Assembly (NCBI RefSeq): GCF_964204645.1
Contig: NC_134025.1
Location: 8,680,001-8,744,000 of the forward strand
Source of the DNA: Tubulanus polymorphus
Lineage: Eukaryota > Animalia > Nemertea
Direction of reading: 5' to 3'
Length of the DNA stretch: 64,000 nucleotides
The notes below the pieces were generated by a model that was not told where the DNA came from, did not search any database, and saw only the letters and a list, made by a program, of their open reading frames with translations. How positions within the stretch are numbered: the stretch's first letter is position 1; every line of letters starts with the position of its first letter. Below, piece after piece: positions 13,661 through 25,300 of the stretch. Position numbers and translations under genes: made by a program.

Positions 13661-14680
13661 ATTTTGTCTATGTTTTACATTTGTTGGTTGTTTTTCTCGG
13701 TTATATGTTGGATGTCTTCATCCTCCAAGTTGCTTGTCCCGCGTGTTGACTAGGGAATGATGTTGTTGGAACGTCCAAGAGTGCCATCGGACTCAGTCAC
13801 GGAGTCGGATTATGGATGTTGGTATCACCAGACTTCCCACCACCGGAGTTTGACTTCTGGCTAGCGAAATGACAAGATGAAGAGAGCATATTATATATTA
13901 GGTCAAAATGTTTGTCAGACAGAGTCTGACCACTGTGGTTTGAGAAAGCTTTATCTCATAACCATCCCTATCCCTAGTATTAACTATTATTGTGCCACAG
14001 ATTTATGCCAGCTCCTTTCGTGTCTGGGTTAGGTACATATACAGCCAAACCATGTACCTCTTTCCACACGATAAGCCAGGTTTTTTGAGAACGGAATGTC
14101 TGAGTTTTTTGCCTTAGAGCTAGTAAGAAATTAACACCATAATACCACTAGCCCCTCCTAATGCCAGGCTTTTTTTTCTGAGAATCAAACACCTGCATTT
14201 TTGAATTAGTAAAAATCAACCCCTGATATACCACTATTGCCCCAAGTAATGAGCTGAAATTAAATAGTACATAATCATTGATTAACAAGACGAAATTTGC
14301 GACTATATCTAACTTTGATAGTGGATGACGAAAATGATGAAAGGCCAGGATGAGGAGTCTGAATCAGAAATTGAAGCTACACAGTTTACGATGTATATGA
14401 AGTACACAAAAGATGTTCGAGATTACAGAGTTTACGAATACATTATAGACGTTTATCATCTGCTGCGACAAGAAAAACTGGGAAAGATTTTGATGGAAGG
14501 GGAAAGAACCTTGGATGAAAAATTAAATTTCCAGAGTTTTACGGCTTAAATTGAAGTACAACTATATAGACGCTGGTAATACATAGTTTTAACGGCTTTA
14601 TATCATATTTGATCTAACCTGAGAAAGAGAAAGAAGTCAGCACAGAACTTCTGGCTGATAACAGCAAAGTCTTAGTTCTC

Positions 14681-15272
14681 AGGGTTCCAACTGGCAGTGG
14701 CAGAGTCGGAGTTCTCTAACGTGGCCTCGTCCCAGCTAGCGGCGGGGTGCTGATGACACGGGTGTTACTACGGAGGACCCGCAATCAGAGTAAGATGGGA
14801 AGCGACAAACATCTTCGGCTTCGGGGGATATCCGATCTTCAAGCATCGACACCAAAAGACAACCGGCACCCAGATGACAGAGAAAAACTGGGTGAACGGG
14901 GAACCCAATCGGCAAGATGCCAATGGGTAGCCTTAGGCGAAGAAACCAGCCGATTCAGACTAGATGGACCAAACTGGGGACCCAATTGAGCACACTACCT
15001 AAGACAACCGACACTCAGATGGCAGAAGCCAACTGGGTGAACGGGGAACCCAATGGGTAGCCTTAGGCAATGAACCAGCAGATTCAGACTAGAAAGGACC
15101 AAACTGGGGACCTAAAGATCCAACAGCCCTCTCAGTCGAAGATTGCTACCGCCCCCATCTTATTCTGATCGCAGGTCCCCTATTGTAACATCCGCATCAC
15201 CTGCACTCCGCCACTAGCTGGAATGAGACCACATTAGAGAACTCCGACTCCGCCGCTGCCAGTTGAAACCCT
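14681..15272. mobile_element. Foldback-like element: about 140-bp diverged inverted repeats enclosing two direct repeats of about 110-135 bp
   Basis: AGGGTTCCAACTGGCAGTGGCAGAGTCGGAGTTCTCTAA...CATCTTCGGCT (14681-14820) is the reverse complement of AGTCGAAGAT...TTAGAGAACTCCGACTCCGCCGCTGCCAGTTGAAACCCT (15134-15272). Inner direct repeats AGACAACCG...ACCAAACTGGGGACC at about 14857 and 15002. Confidence 0.8.
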
Positions 15273-15762
15273 AAGATTGAGAGGGTGGGGGCGAGGGACG
15301 AATGAAATGAAAGAAAAAAAAATGAAAAAACAAAAATAATATAGAAAGATAATGAAAAACATAAGATATAAAATAAACCACACATTCATACGACACATAT
15401 AAACTCCATTTACTCCTCTTGCACACACCGCGCACACAACTCCATCCACTCCGCTTGCACACACAACTCCATCCACCGCACACATAAATCCATCCACCGC
15501 CACCGGCGCCACGCCACCACTCCGAAATACTCCGCGCCACAAGATCACCAGGAAACACAGCAAAAGCTGAAGAGCTCGAGAAAACGCCATCCGATCGTGT
15601 CAAAGACTAATGTCTATTTATTAATTGATGAGACCTGTTTTTCTTGGATATTTTGCTTACTTTTTGGGGTACATACCTCATTTATGTCTTAACAGAATGC
15701 CAAAAATCGCGGACAACAACTGAATATCCGATATATTTCCAGTTCTGTACCAATTTCATTTT

Positions 15763-17636
15763 ATGTTTACCACATGGCGTGTCAGGCCCCAATATGGCGT
15801 GACAAGCCTCGGGGCTTGTGACGCCATATGCAGCAGGTCTTAAGATTGCCCTAGATGCTGTGAATGCTGTGATGAGTGAAGTCAATCTTAAGAATCAGCA
15901 GAACATGGCGTCACAAGCCCCGAGGCTTGTGCATTTCAAGCGTCACAAGTAGAAGACAGCGTGATTTAAGGAGCTTTTTGAAACAATATTTGTCTTTTTT
16001 CTAAGTCTAAATGATTGACAAACCTTGAATAATGATTAAACTTTGAATATTTATGATAATTAGTGACAATTATTCATCAATTGAAGCTATTCTGCAGACC
16101 GTTCGGGGCCTGACACGCCATATTGGCTGCAGAACATTTGGGGCCTGACACGCCATGTAGAAGACAGCGTGATTTTAGGAGCTTTTTGAAACAATATTTG
16201 TCTTTTTTCTAAGTCTAAATGATTGACAAACCATGTAGAATGATAAATCTTTGAACATTTAACACAATTAATGACAATTATTCATTTGTTTATACGGAAA
16301 ACCGTTCGGGTCCTCTCACGCCATGTCTCAATTGAAGCTATTCTGCAGACCATTTGGGGCCTGACACGCCATATTGGCTGCAGAACATTCGGGGCTTGAC
16401 ACGCTATAGAAGACAAATCGCGGTTTTTCTAGCAGTATTTGTTTTGTTTTCTAACACTTTGTGATTGTCAAATCATGAACAATATATAACTAATTGAAAC
16501 TAAAGATATAATTAGTGACAATTAATTGCTTCCATAGAAAACCGATCGGGTCCTCTCACGCCATATTGGCTGCAGAACATTTGGGGCCTGACACGCCATG
16601 TAGAAGACAACGTGATTTTAGGAGTTTATAGTAACAGTATTTGCTCTTTTCTAAGACTAAATGATTGACAAACCATATAGTATGATTAATCTTTGAACAT
16701 TTAAGAGAATTAGTGACAATTATTCATTTGTTTGTAGGAAAACCGATCGGGTCCTCTCACGCCATGTTTCAACTGAAGCTTTTCTGCAGACCATTTGGGG
16801 CCGGACACGCCATGTAGAAGGCTTAGTGATTTTAGGAGCCATATTGACTGCAGATCACACTAGATTGGAGCCTGGCTCACCATATATGTTTTTCTAACAT
16901 TATCTATGTTCTTCTAAGACTAATTGATCAACAAATCATGTGAAATAGATGAATGATTCATTGAAATGTAAGATAGTTCATTAAAATTTTTATTCTGTAA
17001 AACTCATTCAGTAGATATGTAATGTTTTTGTATCTTTCATATGCTGGCGAAATATGTGATTGTTTAAATTGTGTTTCAAAATAAAGTGTGTACACTGCAT
17101 TAGATTAACAAACAACGATCAATTTCTATTCTGTAAAACTCATTTTGTAAATATGTATGCCAGTGAAGTAGGATAAGATAAGTTTTTAATTGTGTTTTAA
17201 GTGTAAAATGTTTTCAATCTATCAATACATTCCGTAAATAGATATGTTAAGTTTTACCTTACCCTGGTATTTTCCTGTTCCATCAGATTCTTACAAAATA
17301 AGAAATTCATATCAAATAAAGTTTGATTCAAACATTACTCGTTATAAGTAATTGATTAAAAGTAATCTTCTGAATCAAATCATTTTCATATATGCGATGT
17401 AATATGTAGTTCTTATTATGTATATATAGTACGTTGTAAATCATCTATGACAAATAAATATCCAATCGAATATTTCAACTTCGGAAGAAAAACCCGCGAG
17501 ACGTAGTCGACGTTTCATCTCCTGCATAGGATTTGATTTTGATGTTTACCACATGGCGTGTCAGGCCCCAATATGGCGTGACAAGCCTCGGGGCTTGTGA
17601 CGCCATATGCAGCAGGTCTTAAGATTGCCCTAGATG
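15763..17636. mobile_element. Non-autonomous repeat element bounded by identical 95-bp direct repeats, with a subterminal inverted copy and internal 200-250 bp tandem units
   Basis: 15763-15857 and 17542-17636 are identical as read. Inverted partial copy CAATCTTAAGA...ATGGCGTCACAAGCCCCGAGGCTTGT at about 15883-15930. Internal GGGCCTGACACGCCAT / GTAGAAGACAGCGTGATTT units at about 15950-16830. Confidence 0.8.
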
Positions 17637-19139
17637 AGAAATTCCGCCTGCGATCAAATGCAAACCCAAATGTAGATATTTTATTGAACGGAATTGATTA
17701 TCAGTCCACGTCAGTTGAAAACCCGCTTTGATCGATGTTTTATTGTTTATTTTAAATATAAATTAGATTTAATACCTACGGTTATTGACTAATATCTAAT
17801 TGTACTGTGAGGGTTAGATTAAAGGATCGCAGTTGAATTTCCTGCTCGCATGCCACAGCTCTGTAAAATCTCAACCGTCTCGTGCTGCCCCTAAATCCTG
17901 TGGCGAATACATAAACTAATCGATTACTCTACCCGTATTTGTACAAGGCCTACGAGCAATCATCTCAACTTCAGATAATTGCTCGTAGCTCGTAGATGAG
18001 GAGGCCTACCATTTACTTATCTTGCTTAGTTTACGTCGTTCGTGTCTTGTGGTATCCTAAGACCATAGATCATATTGGATCCATTTTCAGCGGTAGAGCG
18101 AGAAGTTTAATTAAATGATAATGATCCGAACAGTAAAGATTGTTCTATTTTTCAAATAACTTTCTCCACGTCAATGTTGATAGTTTAAAAATTCAAAATA
18201 CAAATTTCACAAACAACAACTCGTTGACCCACTGAAAGATAGCAGCAAAACAATCTCGGGTAATAAATGTTAGAATAAAAGGTTATCTCTTAGGGCCTAT
18301 GGAAAAAGTACTAATTAGCAAAGGAAAGGTAGGCCTATCCATGTAGGCTTACAATATCCAACTGTCTTGACGAGAAAAGAAGAATTAGCAACACAGGGCC
18401 GTCGGGACAGAACCTGAAGTCTACATCAAGGACAGGGCGGCCATTTTGCAGAATCTTGGGAAGAAATCCTTTGAGGAAGCGATGGATAAAGGCAATTACA
18501 TCTAATTAAAAAACATGTTTATGAATGTATGAACATTAGTTTCCATGATATTGAAAGTATGCCTAGTTTACAGTATTTCTCATTAAAAAACCAAAACCAA
18601 CCCTGAAAATATATTCATTCTGCAAGGAGGTTGGTTGGCAAATTAGGTGGTATAAAATTATTGGAGATTTGGCTGTCGGAGTATGGAATCACATTATGTT
18701 TCATTTAGAAGCCGTAGGCCTACGTCGTAATACATTGACGTGTTTGTGTTCAGATTTCACATGATCACAGTCGAATGATCGTGGGTGCAGGGTATTTATC
18801 TCAGGGAATTGACTATCTACGCCTGTTCAATTGAGTCTATTCATGCTCGTAACACAAACTAAGTCCCGTACTATTATACCAGCCCTACCGTCGTGTCATA
18901 TGTTGTTTTATTAGAAAGCCTTCGTCTGTTTATTTTGTAAAATGATCATGAAAGTTACTATGTATTCCCATACATTATAAGTATTAGCGGAGTTAGTACG
19001 TTATTCTGTAAATTGGCGAAAAGCGTAGAATGATTAATTTTTGGATTGAAACGATTTCGTGCAAACAAACTAAACTTAGTTCAATTCTCTATAAAATATC
19101 TTTTAATTTGTATTTCAATGACATGTTTAAGAGCTCCAG

Positions 19140-19530
19140 GCTGTTGTTTATTAAGAAGACTACGGTCTTTCGTCTTGACTGTTTCAGGGCCGGCGGAAGG
19201 AGAAACACATTGGTACGGCCAAGCACTGGTAGGGGATGATTCGGGGGTCCTCTATTTGAAAAAGCTTTTGAAATGTTTAAAACCAGGAGGTGCGTTTTAA
19301 CGAAATTCTGGCAGGAGATATATGAAATAAATCCCCTTACATCGGGACACAATTCACGGCAAGATGATACTATAGATTTTATGCAAAATTTAGTACGATT
19401 ATCAGCATCAACATAAATTACGTCAAAAAGTGAAACATGGTCGGCAAAGTTTTGGTCCGGCCAAGGCCGCCCCAGTTCCGCCAGCCATGTGTTTTTGGTC
19501 ATTGTTCGGAAGGTTGACGACATTTCATCT
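19140..19530 (+). pseudogene. Possible decayed P-loop packaging ATPase (Polinton/Maverick-adintovirus type) remnant
   Basis: Fragments across frames: FVLTVSGPAEGETHW (degenerate Walker A-like), KFWQEIYE, VFLVIVRKVDDI (Walker B-like). Interrupted by stops and frameshifts. Resemblance judged by eye only. Confidence 0.25.
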
Positions 19531-20394
19531 GGGTTTGCATGCAGACTTTTCGGATTTGTCTGCCCAGGTCTTGTTAGCGGTTTGAATACTAATTGGTGGT
19601 TTCCTTAGGAGATTGTCGATGGAGTTTCTTTTTTGTATCCTAATAGCCGCCCAGTCCGGATGTTTCAGTCTGGTGGTGGTTATAAGGGTTTTTATGTTGT
19701 TTCACAGAAAAACCTATTGTAATCGTCGTGATTAATATTCATCCACTTTTTTTAACAAAAAATATCCAGATCTTCACGAGTCTGATTCCACTACTGTCCA
19801 TCCTCAGTGGGCTGACATATTCAGTACGGCCCCGGCGATCATTTACCGGACATTATGAGTTTTCCGGTTTGCTCGGCTACCCGTACTGGCGGGGTAGTCT
19901 AGAGAGGCCAATGAAAACTCCGGTTTGCTGAACCACCCCTCTTTGCGGGGATGCGGTATGATGTTTGATCTGACAGTTTTAAGTGGTTAATGGCTGTTTC
20001 AAGTGCTTACAACGATGCTTATTACTTCGTGGTACATGGTGGTTTAAAAAAAGATTTCATAATGATACGCTCACCGCGTGGGCTTCGTAGAAAGACCACT
20101 ACCTGTGACCTTCCCAAATTTTAATTGTCCTGTCCGATTTGGTTTCATCCAATTGAGAGACTGCCTTTTCCAGTTAGGGCATTTTTGGATCACGTCACTC
20201 CAGGAAATGACTTAACGCTTTTGGGCCCCTTCGTCGGTTCCACATGACTGTTTCATTTGAGCTATAGACCACAATGGTGACACCATGATGGTCAGTAACT
20301 GACCAATTGAGATATCCCCGAGTCTGAACACTTGACTTCGAATTTCGGAAATTTATCATGTAATGTTTGTTTTCAAACTACTAAGGAATCATAA

Positions 20395-20780
20395 TTGCAA
20401 ATTCATCACTGACCATCACTGACCACCAATGACCAATTCAAACTTCTCGAATATGAAAACGATATACCGCGTTATGGTGTCAAACTAGAAAGGATTCGCC
20501 ATTGAAAATTAATAAATTGACCATCACTGACCACCACTGACCAATTGAAACTTCTTGAAAGAACGATATACCGGTACCGCATTTGATGTGAAACTAGAAA
20601 GGAGTCGCCATTGAAAATTCATAAATTGACCATCACTGACCACCACTGACCAATTGAAACTTCTTGAAAGAACGATATACCGGTACCGCATTTGGTGTGA
20701 AACTAGAAAGGATTCGCAATTAAAATTCATAAATTGACCATCACTGACCACCACTGCCCAAGTGAAACTTCTCAAATATC
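20395..20780 (+). repeat. Tandem repeat, about 108-109 bp unit, about 3.5 copies, built on GACCA(T/C)CACT subrepeats
   Basis: GACCATCACTGACCACCA at 20411, 20519, 20628 and 20736; degenerate copy at about 20270-20310. Confidence 0.92.
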
Positions 20781-20924
20781 GTGGTCGAATTCGAAAGTGC
20801 TTGTCGTCGTATTGCTATTTCTAGAAACCAGCAGAAAGTTTTGCTACTGTTTTTGAATGGCGTTGACATGATGGAAATTTATTACCCATAAATGGGTTAC
20901 ACATCTGGATCACAGCACCTCACT

Positions 20925-22380
20925 TATGGGCGGCCATTCCCGCCAAAAATCAGCGTTTCGTCTATTTTTCTGTACTTCGACAAAATGTCATAGTACACCG
21001 CCAAAATGTGTTAGCGTAACGTCAAATTGTGTAATGCGGCTAAATAACACAGGAGGGCGACACTGTACGGACAGTATTTTGCGGTATATCTTCTCGCATT
21101 GCGATCATCTCAAGGTCGTTTTATTGAAATAATTTTGCGAGTATCAAATCGACAAATCGTATCATATTCCCCAAACCCAATAAAATGATTTTATTGTTAC
21201 TTTAGTTTGTTAATACTATAATATATAGTAATAATGTACGGTAAAATAGCGGAAGTAAATACTTTGCCGTAAACCTATGGAAGCCCTGAGACGACATCTT
21301 GAGTTCATGAGTTCCGAGTTCATAACTTCCTGAGTTCTCAAGTTCATGAGTTCGTCTAATGAAAAAAGCCTGCGATACCGAAACGTCGAATGTAAACACG
21401 ATGCTCTATCAAAGACCCGGGTCTCAGGCTCAGACGACACTGAATAACCAGCGATTAATGGTATGTTGAAGGGCGCCTCCGTTCCTCCTCTGGTAGGTAG
21501 CTCGGATTTTCTGTGCGCGGGCTAGAGAGAAGGGTGACTCCGATTAACCGGTGACTCTCGATGAATCTGCTCAGGTTTTAATGATGAAAAAGATAACAAA
21601 CGCTCGTTATGAGAAATTTTTAAACATCTATTTATTTTCTATAAACCATTAAGAAAGCTGATGTCTGATGATAGACTGGTTGCCGGTCGACTTCATATGA
21701 CTGCCAGTGCAGAATTGGGCACAGTCAACCAGTCTTGGTTGATGCTGGACATCATTTTTTTTAGTTAATTCATGACGTAATCGGATTTAACATCCTTATA
21801 ATAGGATTCTCTCGCATAATTTCATAGTGTTGTACATGCCCAAATAAACTCGAAATATCTTCACCAAGAATCTTAGTGTCTGATGTACCACAGTTGTACC
21901 ACAGTTGGTTACACTAGGATCGTAGAGCGACGGACATCACTGGTGTAGACAACCACTGCCAGTGCTGGGTGAAGAAATATCATAAACTCTGGAAGTTATG
22001 AACTTGGGAACTCATGAACCCAAGGTGTCGTCTCAGAGCTTCCATATATGGCCTCCATACCTGAGACGACATCTTGAGTTTATGAGTTCCGAGTTAACTA
22101 ATAAAGTAATAATAAATTCATTTTATTGGGTTTAGGGAATATGATACGATTTGTCGATTTGATACTCGCAAAATTATTTCAATGAGACGACCTTGAGATG
22201 ATCGCAAAGCGAGAAAAATACCGCAAAATACTGTCCGTACAGTGTCGCCCCCCTGTGTTATTTAGCCGCATTACACAATTTGACGTTACGCTTACACATT
22301 TTGGCGGTGTACTATGACATTTTGTCAAAGTACAGACAAATAGACGAAACGCTGATTTTTGGCGGGAATGGCCGCCCATA
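20925..22380. mobile_element. Non-autonomous DNA transposon (1456 bp) with about 280-bp TIRs and a target-site duplication
   Basis: TATGGGCGGCCATTCCCGCCAAAAATCAGCG... (20925-about 21205) mirrors ...CGCTGATTTTTGGCGGGAATGGCCGCCCATA (about 22100-22380) with few mismatches. CTCACT flanks both sides (20919-20924, 22381-22386). The mirror ORFs 20926..21132 and 22179..22385 are artefacts of the TIRs. Confidence 0.93.
21276..22046. mobile_element. Second inverted-repeat pair (about 60-bp arms) nested inside the 20925-22380 element
   Basis: TATGGAAGCCCTGAGACGACATCTTGAGTTCATGAGTTCCGAGTTCATAACTTCC (from 21276) vs GGAAGTTATGAACTTGGGAACTCATGAACCCAAGGTGTCGTCTCAGAGCTTCCATA (to 22046). Extra direct copy TGAGACGACATCTTGAGTT at about 22062. 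Confidence 0.75.
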
Positions 22381-25300
22381 CTCACTTACCGCAGTGCGTT
22401 ATTTTCACTGCATAGTAATGCTAATACATAAACTTTTTTACTACTTGACTCGAATCATCTGAACAGTACTGCGTTTGAAAACTCAACGAATAGAAAATGT
22501 TTGCGGGAAGCGCCTACAAATTAGTTATAATAAGATTAATTAATCGATGCATGAAAAACAATTAAATCACAAGGTGACTAACACTCGTCTTTCAACCAAT
22601 CTGCGCGATACCAATTAATTAAATCATTAAACGCATTGGGTTCCTAATATTTGAAATCATGTGATACAATAGTTGTTCTTTAGACTTGGCCACTTTCATT
22701 TCAGAAAACCGCGTACTAGACCAGTGATCACCGAGGCATTAACCATTCCTTCAAGTTTTGAAAATTCAATGGTAACGCGGATTCTTCGCCTCTAAAAACT
22801 GTTTCGTTAATAGTTTTCTTTATATGAAAAGTGTTCATAGGAATTGAAATTTGGAGTGATATCAGTCACAGCTCCTGTAACCCTTTTTCATTGTCAGTTC
22901 TTTTTTGGAATTCAAGTAGATTAGTGAAAATATCAATGATGAAGTTCACTTATTATATCAAGTACCATTTTTACTGTCGCATGCGAGTCGAAACAAAAAG
23001 ATCTATCCAACTGCATATCTTCGGGTATAAACTGTGATATCCTTCAGTATGTTATGAATATCTTTAAAGATTTGTGTTCTAGTATAATACCCGAAGGTTT
23101 AACTATCGGACACATAAAAGATTCGCCATAGTCAAAGTTTTTAAGAAAATCTTTCTTCGAGAAAGAAAGATCTTTAAAAGAACGATTGGCGTCAAACTAA
23201 ACCATAATGGACTGTTGTGAATTTATTGAATAATCCACCTGAGAAATTTAAAGATTTCGCAGCGAAATTTATTCATATAAATCAAAAATGCATGAATAAC
23301 TTGACCTTATTTGCGGGTCTCATGAAACGCTTTCGTGCGCTCTTTTTAAATCTAAAATAGCATAAATACATGCGTGTTTCGTTATAAACAAGGTCAAATT
23401 CCAAACGCACATGAAATATGGAGCCTGTATCACACGATATACACATCTTGAATTTTCTCTAACTACGTAGGCCCTTTCCGAATGGGAATTGTTCAGTTTT
23501 TTAACGGCCGACATTCAGAGGCACCTAAAAAACCGGTTGTATAGCACTTGAGATTTTCAGTGTAGGGCACATCTCACATTGACTCGGCTCGCGGTCGGTG
23601 GTTTAATGGGAACACATCTGGTTGTTACTAGTTTAACAGTTGACGAATTCAGAAAACTTTTTTCAAATGTCTTTGATAACTTTTTAAACATAGTATTCTT
23701 CTTAATTACATTTCGCTGATTCCATAGATATTTTTTCATGAAAATTGCTCCAGTTATAACGGATTTAAACATACATGTAAAATGATTATTTTCAAAATAT
23801 TCAATTTTCTCCGATTTTGAAGAAATTCTGACACAATATCATCTCCACTCGACACATGATTTTACTTCGGCGCCTTTGAAGGGAGTGTCACTTGTTGTTG
23901 AGTTCATATTTAGTCAAACAAGAAGATATGCCTGATTCCTTTTCAGAATTTAGATTTCGACGGATATCATCAAATTACTAGAAAGGGACAGCAGCTTTCG
24001 GTCATCCGCAAAAAATACCTAAAATTCTCTCCTAGGGTTATGGAAAAAGATGTCACGAAACATACGGAAAATCCTTTGTTTGGTAGACTGAAATTGTTGA
24101 ACTCTTAAATAGCAACATTTAGAGAAACAAAAACATAAGAATATATTCTCACCCGCGCTTGAAAAAAACAACGTGATTTCAATTAAAGATGACACGTAGC
24201 CTCATATCAAATGATTATGAACGCAACAGACAGAGCCTATTCATTCTCTTTACGAGGATGGGTCTCCACATTCATAGGATACGATACGAGATTCGTGGGT
24301 ACGAATGATGAATACAACTGATAAAGCGCCAATTTCACTGATTCTTGCACAGAAAGGTGTTTTAGAGTAATCTAGTTAACAGGTGTGTTTTAGGAGTATT
24401 TTGAATTTAAATTCAAATCGGGGTTCATGACGAATATTGAGCATTCTAGGGCTGGAGCAAGAAACGTGTGGGATCGTCCGCCAATCGTATCGCCAAAGAA
24501 ATAATAAGGAGCCAGTCCGTGGTGGCTATTGAAAGCGACGACCGCATGTGAATGCATTGATTGAATGACATCTCAGAAGTCAGATTATATAAAATTGAAC
24601 ATGATATATGGATAGGTTATTCCATATATACTGGTAAAAATGATGCCCAATATGTGATATAAATGTTCAATTAAAAAGTAGAAACCGAATCCATAATTCA
24701 GTCTGGTATTGTTATAACATCAAACACTCAAATTTAATCCTTTGTTAGATTGCTAGCCAGTGTAGATGAGCAAGAATAGTGGTCCCTAATTTTAATGTGG
24801 ACTGTTCAACAAGTTGGAGTTTGTGTAGAGATGAATGAGTTTAAAATGGAGTGGAATTTCGATAATACTGTTTGAATGTCTATTACTCAATATTTTTATT
24901 GATCATAAAAAATTGTGGTAAAATATTTGACTCTAGGGTTGGTTTTAGATTGTATCTCTCCACGCCAGAGGTAATCACGGATATTGGACTACACAAAATT
25001 CCTTGTGTACAGCTCAACTTTTAAAATGCCTGGAAAAGCTCGCCACGGATATACCTCAGTAATGATAAATTTTCCCACAAATTCTCCCCTTCGAAAAACC
25101 TAAACAACCAATGAACGCTTGCTCTAAGTTTCCCAATGCACTATTGTTACCTTTTCTAGCTATTTGCACTAGCTGTTTGTCGCAAATAGATTGCATCCTC
25201 TATTACAGGAGTAAAGGATACAGCTCTGGGACCCGTTTCTTAAAAGATAGTTTAAATTAACCATCATCCAATATGATACATGACTAAATACACTGAAAAA

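Noticed and set aside
18396-18491. Coding-looking fragment AVGTEPEVYIKDRAAILQNLGKKSFEEAMDK
   Set aside because: Weak acceptor, no GT donor, no partner exons or recognisable family.
20926-22385. Two near-identical 68-aa ORFs on opposite strands
   Set aside because: They are mirror translations of the transposon TIRs, with no evidence of coding function.
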